This document shows positions 56,995 through 64,000 of a stretch of DNA of 64,000 nucleotides, piece after piece. Made by a program: the position numbers and the translations under genes. How positions within the stretch are numbered: position 1 is the stretch's first letter; the number at the start of each line of letters is the position of its first letter. The notes under the pieces are model-generated. The model was not told the origin of the DNA. It did no database searches and was given only the letters and a program-made list of their open reading frames with translations. Origin of the DNA: Bacilli bacterium (lineage in GTDB: Bacteria > Bacillota_I > Bacilli_A > RFN20 > CAG-826); the NCBI GenBank assembly GCA_016296775.1, contig JAEDIE010000002.1, forward strand, positions 7,958 to 71,957, given 5' to 3'.

Positions 56995-59022
56995 ATGAAT
57001 AAAAAGTTAACGAAATTAAAGATAGCAGCCTTAATTATAACAATGGTCCAAGTAATATTAATTGGAGTATTTTTAACTCTTTATATTCTTGATGTTTGGG
57101 GTTTAAGTCAATTAGTAAAAGTAGATTATATTGTATATGGTTGTTTTGGATTAGCTGTAATTAACGGAATTATTATTTGGTGTATGATCTATACATTCCA
57201 TAAGATTTCTAAAGTTAATGATACAAAAACAAAAGATATAATTGGAACAGACATCAATGAAGCATATTTATTTGGAAAAGTAGGTGCTTTTCTTTGTGAT
57301 GAAAACGGTATTATTCTTTGGGTTAGTGATTTATTTTTAGAAAGACAAATGAATTATATTAATTTAGACATTTATACTTGTTTTCCTAAATTAAAAGAAT
57401 TTAATGAAAATTTAAATGTTGAAACTTTAAATATTAAAACAGATTCATATGATTACTCAGTTAAGTTTTTAAAATCGTCTAATTTATTTATATTTAAAGA
57501 TGTTACTGAATATGAAAATCTTTCTAGATATTCTCGCGCTCATGCTATCGTTTTAGGAAGTATCACTATTGATAATTATGATGATATTGCTAAAAAAGAT
57601 GCAGATAATAACGAATTAATTTTAAAAATTAGAAATGAAGTATCTGAGTATTTTAAACAATTTGATGTAACTATAAGACATACTGAAAATGATACATATT
57701 TTGCAGTATGTAATTACGAATCATTAGAAAGAATGGAAAAAGATAAGTTTTCTATTCTTGATGCAGTTAAACAATGTGGAAAAGGTGAACCAATTACACC
57801 TACATTATCCATCTGTTTTGCTTATGAATTTCCTAATATTACTAAATTAAATGAAAATGTTAGTAATGGTTTACGTGTTGCTTTAGCTCGTGGAGGAGAT
57901 CAAGTTGTTGTTTCTAAATTCGGAAGTGAACTTAAGTTTTATGGAGGAAGAACTGAAGCTATTGAAAGCAAGAATAAAGTTAAAGTTAGAGTTTTAGCAA
58001 GTTCTTTGAAAACTTTAATAAATGGTGCAGATCATGTTATTTTGATGGGACATACTGATATGGATATGGATGCTCTTGGAGCATGTATAGGTATGAAAGC
58101 TATCTGCGAAACATTAAATAAGAAAGCTTATATCGTTTATGAACTTGAATTAACTGAAAGAAAAACACGTAGTGCGTTAACATCTTTATATACACGTGAT
58201 CAATTAAATAAGTTTGTTGTTTCAAGGAAAAAAGCTGAAGATATCATAACTCCTTCAACACTTGTTTTGGTTCTTGATGTAAGTAAACCTGCTAATACAA
58301 TGTGCCCAAAAGTATTGGAATTAACTGACAAAGTTGTTGTTATAGACCATCATAGAAGAGGTGAACAATTCATTGATAATCCTGTTATTTCATATGTTGA
58401 ACCTAGTGCTTCTTCAACTTGTGAAATTATTGCTGAATTTATTAAGTATGGTTCATTTACTGAAGACGTTAAGTTAAGTTCTATTGATGCTACAATTATG
58501 CTTTCTGGTATTTTCCTTGATACTACATTCTTCAAAAATAAAGCTGTTGGATTAAGAGCTTTTGAAGGAAGCATGGTTTTAAAAGAATATGGAGCAGATA
58601 ATGCTCTTGCTACAGAATTATTAAAAGACGAATATGAAGAATACGAATTAATTACAAAAATCATTGCAAATAAGGTGACTCCAAATGTTGGAATAATTTA
58701 TAGTGTTGCTGCAAGTAATGAAATTCTAGATAATTCAATATTAGCTAAAGCTGCCAATAAATGTATGGAATTAAAAGGTATTAGAGCTGCATTTATCATA
58801 GGAAAAACAGGTGAAAACGAATATAGAATTAGTGCTAGAAGCGATGGAACAATTAATGTTCAAATTATATGTGAAAGATTAGGCGGAGGTGGCCACTTTA
58901 ATGTAGCAGCTGTTACATTTAAAAATCCATCCTACAACTTAAAGACTGTTGAAGATTTGTTTGTTGAAGTTTTAAAAGAAAATTTAGATGATATAAAAAT
59001 CGAAAATGAGAAAGGAGATTAA
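56995..59022 (+). CDS. gdpP: Cyclic-di-AMP phosphodiesterase GdpP (YybT)
   Basis: 675 aa with 2 N-terminal TM segments, PAS-like and degenerate GGDEF regions, the DHH motifs (GHTDMDMDALGA, VIDHHRRG) and the DHHA1 motif GGGGH. It sits upstream of rplI-dnaB as in Firmicutes. Confidence 0.9.
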   Translation: MNKKLTKLKIAALIITMVQVILIGVFLTLYILDVWGLSQLVKVDYIVYGCFGLAVINGIIIWCMIYTFHKISKVNDTKTKDIIGTDINEAYLFGKVGAFLCDENGIILWVSDLFLERQMNYINLDIYTCFPKLKEFNENLNVETLNIKTDSYDYSVKFLKSSNLFIFKDVTEYENLSRYSRAHAIVLGSITIDNYDDIAKKDADNNELILKIRNEVSEYFKQFDVTIRHTENDTYFAVCNYESLERMEKDKFSILDAVKQCGKGEPITPTLSICFAYEFPNITKLNENVSNGLRVALARGGDQVVVSKFGSELKFYGGRTEAIESKNKVKVRVLASSLKTLINGADHVILMGHTDMDMDALGACIGMKAICETLNKKAYIVYELELTERKTRSALTSLYTRDQLNKFVVSRKKAEDIITPSTLVLVLDVSKPANTMCPKVLELTDKVVVIDHHRRGEQFIDNPVISYVEPSASSTCEIIAEFIKYGSFTEDVKLSSIDATIMLSGIFLDTTFFKNKAVGLRAFEGSMVLKEYGADNALATELLKDEYEEYELITKIIANKVTPNVGIIYSVAASNEILDNSILAKAANKCMELKGIRAAFIIGKTGENEYRISARSDGTINVQIICERLGGGGHFNVAAVTFKNPSYNLKTVEDLFVEVLKENLDDIKIENEKGD

Positions 59023-59024
59023 TT

Positions 59025-59471
59025 ATGGAAGTTATTTTACTTGTAGATGTTAAAGGTATTGGCAAAAAGGGAGAAACCAAAAAAGTTAGTGATGGTTATG
59101 CTTCTAATTATTTAATCCCAAGAAAATTAGCTGTTAGAAAAACAGAAGGAAGTGTTCAAGTTTTAAATAAACAAAATGAAGATGAAAGAATCAGACAAGA
59201 AAAGTTAAAGAACACAGCTTTAGAAATTAAAGCTAAACTTGAAACAATTACATTAGAATTCAAAGCTAAACCACAAGCTGATGGAAGTTTATCAAAGAAC
59301 GTTTCTTTCAAAGAAGTAGAAAATAAGTTAAAAACTGAATTTAACATTATTGTAGATAAAAGAAAGATTATTGATAAGTTCTTAATTAATGCTTTTGGTT
59401 ATACAAAATTAAGAATTGAATTATATAAGGGAGTCATTGGCATTATAAATGTCCATGTAAGTGAAGAATAA
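59025..59471 (+). CDS. rplI: 50S ribosomal protein L9
   Basis: 148 aa beginning MEVILLVDVKGIGKKGETKKVSDGYASNYLIPRKLA. Confidence 0.95.
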   Translation: MEVILLVDVKGIGKKGETKKVSDGYASNYLIPRKLAVRKTEGSVQVLNKQNEDERIRQEKLKNTALEIKAKLETITLEFKAKPQADGSLSKNVSFKEVENKLKTEFNIIVDKRKIIDKFLINAFGYTKLRIELYKGVIGIINVHVSEE

Positions 59472-60907
59472 TGGAAAAATCAAAATATCCTGTAGATGAG
59501 ATCAGTGAAAAGACTATATTAGGCGTTATTTTACTTAAGCCTAAAGAAAATTTATCAGTAATTAACGAACTTACTGAAGATGATTTTTATTGGAATAATG
59601 GACAGAATAGATATCTTTTTATTGCCATTAAAGCTCTTGCTTTAAATAATTTGCCAATTGATATGACAAGTGTTTATAACTTTTTAAATGAAAAGAAAAC
59701 ACTTAATATTGTTGGAGGAATTGAATACATTAGTTCATTATGTGAATTAGTTACAACATTTAACAATGTAGAATTTTATTTAGATACTTTAAAGAAAACA
59801 ACATTATTACGTAAGTTTTTTATGACAATGGATAATGCTGAAGAAGAGTATTTAAATAGACCAATGGAAGATGTTCCTACGTTTGTTCAAAAATATCAAA
59901 ACATTATTAATGATGTTGCTAATTCAAGAAAAGAAACTGATTTTAGTTCCTTAAGAGATGTTGCCCTTGAACTTGATCAAAGAATTAAAAGTAGTATCGG
60001 TGGAGATTCTACAATTACTGGATATTCAACTGGATATAAATATTTTGATAGAAAGATCAATGGTTTAAATAAAGGTAGTATGATTGTTATTGCTGGTCGT
60101 CCAGGTATGGGTAAATCAACATTAGCATTAAATATTGCTTATAACGTTGCTAAAAAAATACAAAAACCAGTTGCTTACTTCTCATTAGAAGTTGAAGCTG
60201 ACAAGTTAGTTATTAAACTTTATGCTTGTGAAGCTGGAGTTAACTCAAGAAATATTGAAACAGGTTATTTAACTACTGATGAAAGAGCAAGACTTTCTGA
60301 AGCTAAAGACAGATTATTAGAAGTACCACTTCATATTGATGAAAATAGAAGCAATTCAGTTGGTGATATCTTTATTAAATCAAGAAAATTAAAAGAACAA
60401 TATGGTGATTTAGGACTTATTATTATTGACCATATTGGAATTACTGATAAAGAAAAAGATATGAAATTTAGTAGTGAAGTTGCTGAACTTTCATATAAAG
60501 CAAGACAAGTTAAAAAGATTGCTGGTGAATTAGATGTACCAATTATTTGTGTTACGCAGTTAAATAGACAAGTTGAACTTCGTGACAATAAAATTCCTCA
60601 AATGGCTGACCTTAGAGGCAGTGGTGAATTTGAACAATCAGCAGACCAAATTGTTCTTCTTTATCGTGAAAAATATTACACTCAAACAGGAAATGTTGCA
60701 AATAATAAAAAAGAAGATAATAACGAAGAAACAAAAACAAACGAGCTTAATTTGGCTGAAGGTTGGCAAATTGTTGAACTTAATGTTGCTAAAAATAGAG
60801 CTGGTGAACCAGGAAAAACATATCTTTTATTCAATCCTGCCTTAAGTAGATTCGATACTCCAAGTTTAGAAACTTTAAAAGTAATAGAAAGTTGTAAAAA
60901 AAACTAA
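59471..60907 (+). CDS. dnaB: Replicative DNA helicase (DnaB family; called DnaC in B. subtilis)
   Basis: 478 aa with the Walker A GRPGMGKST, the Walker B IIIDH, and QLNRQVELR. Confidence 0.96.
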   Translation: MEKSKYPVDEISEKTILGVILLKPKENLSVINELTEDDFYWNNGQNRYLFIAIKALALNNLPIDMTSVYNFLNEKKTLNIVGGIEYISSLCELVTTFNNVEFYLDTLKKTTLLRKFFMTMDNAEEEYLNRPMEDVPTFVQKYQNIINDVANSRKETDFSSLRDVALELDQRIKSSIGGDSTITGYSTGYKYFDRKINGLNKGSMIVIAGRPGMGKSTLALNIAYNVAKKIQKPVAYFSLEVEADKLVIKLYACEAGVNSRNIETGYLTTDERARLSEAKDRLLEVPLHIDENRSNSVGDIFIKSRKLKEQYGDLGLIIIDHIGITDKEKDMKFSSEVAELSYKARQVKKIAGELDVPIICVTQLNRQVELRDNKIPQMADLRGSGEFEQSADQIVLLYREKYYTQTGNVANNKKEDNNEETKTNELNLAEGWQIVELNVAKNRAGEPGKTYLLFNPALSRFDTPSLETLKVIESCKKN

Positions 60908-60908
60908 T

Positions 60909-61658
60909 ATGAAATTCATTAATGTTGGTAGTGGATCAAAGGGAAATTCCACGATTATTTATAATGAAGAAACAACCATTTTAGTTGATGCGGGAATTTC
61001 AAAAAGAAGATTAGTTACAGCTTTAAGAACTATTAATAGAAAATTAGAAGATATTCGATTTGTTTTGTTAACTCATGCTCATAATGATCATGTTTCTAAT
61101 ATTGATATTTTTAATCCAAAAATTGTTTATACTGTTGAAAACGAGTTAACAAATGATAGTGATTTTAATATTATAGAACATTTTAAAGAGTATAAATTAA
61201 ATACCATAAATGTAACTGTTTTAAAGACAAGTCATGATGTTAAAGGAAGTTCGGGATTTCTATTTAAAGATAGTAAAAATGAATTAGTATATATTACTGA
61301 TACTGGTTATATTCCTTTAGAAACATTAAATATTATTAAGAATAAAGAAATATATATTATGGAATCAAATCATGATATATCTATGCTTTTAAATAGTGCT
61401 AGACCTATTATTTTAAAAACTAGAATTCTTTCTAGTGTAGGACATTTATCTAATGATTTATGTGGAAAATATTTAAGTGAAGTAGTAGGAGATAAAACTA
61501 AAGCTATATTTTTAGCTCACTTAAGTGAAGAATGCAATTTAGATGGTATAGCTATAGATACAGTTTATGAACTGATAACTAAGAAAATTAAAAATAATAA
61601 ATATTTATTATTTGATACATTAAAACAAAGAGAGTCTACTATATATGACAAAGATTAA
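60909..61658 (+). CDS. MBL-fold metallo-hydrolase (YycJ/WalJ-like)
   Basis: 249 aa with LLTHAHNDHVSN. Its position before rlmH matches the Firmicute yycJ...rlmH region. Confidence 0.8.
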   Translation: MKFINVGSGSKGNSTIIYNEETTILVDAGISKRRLVTALRTINRKLEDIRFVLLTHAHNDHVSNIDIFNPKIVYTVENELTNDSDFNIIEHFKEYKLNTINVTVLKTSHDVKGSSGFLFKDSKNELVYITDTGYIPLETLNIIKNKEIYIMESNHDISMLLNSARPIILKTRILSSVGHLSNDLCGKYLSEVVGDKTKAIFLAHLSEECNLDGIAIDTVYELITKKIKNNKYLLFDTLKQRESTIYDKD

Positions 61659-62115
61659 TATTTATTGTATAGGTAAAATTAAAGAAAAATATTTAAATGA
61701 TGCAATAAATGAATATTCTAAAAGAATATCTAAATATGCAAAATTAAATATTATTGAATTAGAAGATGAAAAAGTTCAAAACAACAATCCATCTAATATT
61801 AAAGATATTGAATCAAGAAAAATATTATCCAAATTAAAAGATAATGATTACTTAATTATACTTGATTTAAAGGGTGAAGAATTAAGTAGTGAATCTCTTG
61901 CTTCGTTCTTTCAAACTTTAGAAGATAGAGGAATTGGAAATATCAATATAGCTATAGGCGGATCACTAGGATTTAACGAAGAAATTAAAAAAAGAGCCAA
62001 TAAATCACTATGTTTTTCACACTTAACATTCCCTCACCAACTAATAAGAGTGTTCTTACTTGAACAACTATATAGATGTTATAAAATAAATAGGAACGAA
62101 AGTTACCATCACTAG
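61645..62115 (+). CDS. rlmH: 23S rRNA (pseudouridine1915-N3)-methyltransferase (SPOUT)
   Basis: 156 aa. The length and the C-terminal motifs (IAIGGSLG, LTFPHQLIRVFLLEQLYR) are typical of RlmH/YbeA. Confidence 0.9.
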   Translation: MTKINIYCIGKIKEKYLNDAINEYSKRISKYAKLNIIELEDEKVQNNNPSNIKDIESRKILSKLKDNDYLIILDLKGEELSSESLASFFQTLEDRGIGNINIAIGGSLGFNEEIKKRANKSLCFSHLTFPHQLIRVFLLEQLYRCYKINRNESYHH

Positions 62116-62123
62116 GAGATAAT

Positions 62124-62462
62124 ATGGAATATATTGAATTTAATGATTTAATTAAAATTAAAGATGAAGAATATAAGTATATTAATGCTTATAAAATTGA
62201 TGATTCTATCTTTTATGTAGAACCTAATTTTTATACTCAATTAATTTATTTTAAAGAATATTATAAAGATAAATATTTAGAAATTATTGAAGCTATAAAA
62301 GATACAGCAAAAACAAATAAGAAAGTTGTATTTACAGGAGATTTTGAAAATCCTATTATTCATAAAGATGATTTCATTTATCGAGAAATTGATGATGTAT
62401 TAGCTAAAGTTAAATTAACTTTTGATAATAAATCTAATCCAGATAGTGATTGGAAAGATTAA
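62124..62462 (+). CDS. Hypothetical small acidic protein
   Basis: 112 aa with an AGGAG RBS and a terminator downstream. No recognisable motif. Confidence 0.5.
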   Translation: MEYIEFNDLIKIKDEEYKYINAYKIDDSIFYVEPNFYTQLIYFKEYYKDKYLEIIEAIKDTAKTNKKVVFTGDFENPIIHKDDFIYREIDDVLAKVKLTFDNKSNPDSDWKD

Positions 62463-62473
62463 AAAAATTAAGT

Positions 62474-62515
62474 AATAAAAATGGGAAAACGATATGTTTT
62501 CCCATTTATTTTATT
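62474..62515. terminator. Bidirectional terminator between convergent hypothetical genes
   Basis: AAATGGGAAAAC-gatat-GTTTTCCCATTT (62479-62507), flanked by A and T runs. Confidence 0.7.
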
Positions 62516-62524
62516 TAATTAAAC

Positions 62525-63565
62525 TTATTTATTTTCTTGATATTGAGGTCTTAAATTCTTCATTGATAACCACATACATCTTACACCAAATGTAAGGATG
62601 TAGATCATTAATGCGAAGTTAGAGAACATGAATCCAACAATTAATGAAAGTAATGCGGGAGTCATACTTAACCAAGTTGAAATACCAAATCCATGGTACC
62701 ATTTAATAGTTGATTTAAGAGGATTTGTTTTACCTCTAGTAAGTAAGAAGATAAGTAATCCCATTAAAAGAGTAATACCACAATTTAAGCCCATAGCAAT
62801 TCCAAATTGAACTAAGATTAATCTATTTTTGTTATTGGTATAAACTTTATCAACAAATGGAGAATAGTTAGATAAAACCATTGATGGAGTTAATTTAGTT
62901 TCACCTTCTTTAATGGTAGAAAGAATTGTTTTGAATGAACTATTTTCAAATTGTTTTCCTAAGTTTTTGTAATCTCCGCTAACACCACTTAATTTGCTCT
63001 TAGTATTTACATTGTATAATTGAGATTCAAAGTAAGTTGGAGTAAAGATAATGTAACTTGTTGAACGGAAATTTTCAGTAGTAAGCTCATTATCATTTCT
63101 AATCGTTTCAAGTGTTGAATCATATAAAGCATCTTCTTTAGCTAAATTAACATAGTAAATGTCTAATAATTTTTGGTATGTGGCAGTATATTCATCAAAT
63201 CTTGAATATGTATAAATAGGAGTATTTGCTTTTGGTGGTAAATATGAAGAGTCAATTTTAGCTTCTTTTTCTTCAAATCTAATATCAGGAGTTGTTGAAT
63301 CAGTTGCATAGCTATATAAAGCTAAAGCAATTGGATCATTTCCTGAAGAAAGATATTGAGAGCCTTTAGTATTGCTAGCTGCAACTACTTGAGGAATAAC
63401 TGAAATGGCCATTGAAAAAATGAAAATAATGAGTGTTACATACCATTTTTTCTTCATACCACAATCCATAGCGATTGTGTTGTTAAATAACGATTTAATA
63501 TAGTACCAAATTTTTCCCCATGGGAATTTTTTCTTTTCTTTTACGATTTTTGCTTTCTTTGCCAT
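62525..63565 (-). CDS. Hypothetical multi-pass membrane protein with a roughly 200-aa extracytoplasmic loop
   Basis: 346 aa with a basic N-terminus, one TM segment (VTLIIFIFSMAISVIPQVV), a long hydrophilic region and 3-4 C-terminal TM segments. An AAGGAAG RBS is present. The topology is reminiscent of DUF1189-like proteins, but this is unverified. Confidence 0.55.
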   Translation of the reverse strand: MAKKAKIVKEKKKFPWGKIWYYIKSLFNNTIAMDCGMKKKWYVTLIIFIFSMAISVIPQVVAASNTKGSQYLSSGNDPIALALYSYATDSTTPDIRFEEKEAKIDSSYLPPKANTPIYTYSRFDEYTATYQKLLDIYYVNLAKEDALYDSTLETIRNDNELTTENFRSTSYIIFTPTYFESQLYNVNTKSKLSGVSGDYKNLGKQFENSSFKTILSTIKEGETKLTPSMVLSNYSPFVDKVYTNNKNRLILVQFGIAMGLNCGITLLMGLLIFLLTRGKTNPLKSTIKWYHGFGISTWLSMTPALLSLIVGFMFSNFALMIYILTFGVRCMWLSMKNLRPQYQENK

Positions 63566-63650
63566 AAATAAATTAGACCACTTCCTTTCGTATGCTTAGA
63601 AATTATATACTAATTTTGCTTATTATACAAATAAGTATATTTGTATATAC

Positions 63651-63679
63651 TTGAAATTTCTATTAAAAGTGGCTAAAAT
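63651..63679 (+). promoter_or_regulatory. Candidate ssrA promoter
   Basis: TTGAAA (63651-63656), a 17 nt spacer, then TAAAAT (63674-63679), about 11 nt before the GGGG 5' end. Confidence 0.55.
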
Positions 63680-63690
63680 AACCACCACTG

Positions 63691-64000
63691 GGGGATGTCT
63701 TAGTTTCGACATTTATGGATTGGCAAAGATTGCAGTCGGATAGCTCCGTTAAAGGCTAAACAAAAATATCTGGCAACAGAAATTTAAACCTTGCTTTTGC
63801 TGCTTAGTAGCCTCGTAGCATAAATTTTGCTAGAAAGCACGAGTCTTAAGGGTACATCTTCTTACACTTAATAAACTTGTCATAAAGAGAAGATAGGCTG
63901 TAGCAATGTTCGTAGCTATGGATGAAAATCATACGAAATAGTGGTGTAAAGTTCTTAAGAGTTGATAAGCCATGAAACTTAAACTCTTAATAAACTGTAG
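63691..64000 (+). ncRNA. ssrA: tmRNA (SsrA), 5' about 310 nt; the 3' end lies beyond the window
   Basis: The 5' end GGGGAUGUCUUAGUUUCGACA is a typical acceptor/D-loop analogue. The tag reading frame is GGC AAC AGA AAT TTA AAC CTT GCT TTT GCT GCT TAG TAG (63772-63810), giving (A)GNRNLNLAFAA in a context like B. subtilis AUAACUGGCAAA. No T-arm or CCA end is visible before position 64000. Confidence 0.9.

Noticed and set aside
59471-60907. Possible intein or insertion in dnaB (and in gyrA, gyrB or ppdK)
   Set aside because: Protein lengths are normal. The only extra segment in DnaB is a short Asn/Lys/Glu-rich loop (…NNKKEDNNEETKTNE…), with no intein splicing motifs.
63624-63647. A 10-bp-stem palindrome TATACAAATA-agta-TATTTGTATA between the divergent membrane-protein and ssrA promoters
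   Set aside because: It is made almost entirely of A and T in a region of very high AT content, so chance occurrence is plausible. There is no associated regulator and no second copy. It might be an operator, but the evidence is insufficient.
1-64000. Searched by eye for CRISPR arrays, long tandem or direct repeats, IS elements, integrases, tRNA genes and recognisable defence or toxin-antitoxin modules
   Set aside because: None was seen. The only repeated units are the DnaA boxes and the two pairs of tandem paralogous genes (GH43 and Big_2 lipoproteins). A computational repeat search could still reveal short flanking direct repeats of the island that I could not detect manually.

Overview
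This window is the chromosomal replication-origin region of a very AT-rich, low-GC Gram-positive-lineage genome. TGA is a stop codon (rpmH and rsmA both end in TGA), and the many Cys-lipobox lipoproteins and Bacillus-like synteny suggest an Acholeplasma, Erysipelotrichia or Mollicutes-like organism. A bipartite oriC lies at about 10.25-12.1 kb, with DnaA-box clusters upstream of dnaA and between dnaA and dnaN. Left of it, on the minus strand, are dnaA-dnaN-yaaA-recF-gyrB-gyrA, a GT4-like glycosyltransferase, serS, SRP RNA and tadA. Right of it, on the plus strand, are rpmH-rnpA-yidC-jag-mnmE-tatD-rnmV-rsmA-ispE, then pth-mfd-rqcP-tilS-ftsH-dusB-lysS, rpsF-ssb-rpsR, gdpP-rplI-dnaB, an MBL hydrolase, rlmH and the 5' part of tmRNA. 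Two accessory blocks interrupt this core. The first (19.5-28.5 kb) is mostly head-on to replication: ppdK, an FGGY sugar kinase, and a TetR-controlled heterodimeric ABC exporter. The second (about 40.1-56.9 kb) is a roughly 17 kb glycan-utilisation locus between rpsR and gdpP, holding 3 GH43 genes, GH36, a SASA esterase, a sugar ABC importer, two paralogous Big_2 lipoproteins of unknown function and a LacI regulator. The most novel-looking content is that membrane-tethered, PUL-like locus and its tandem Big_2/beta-sandwich lipoproteins. No CRISPR array, transposase, integrase or recognisable defence genes were seen. All product calls rest on motif recognition in the supplied translations and on reading the DNA by eye; no database search was run.
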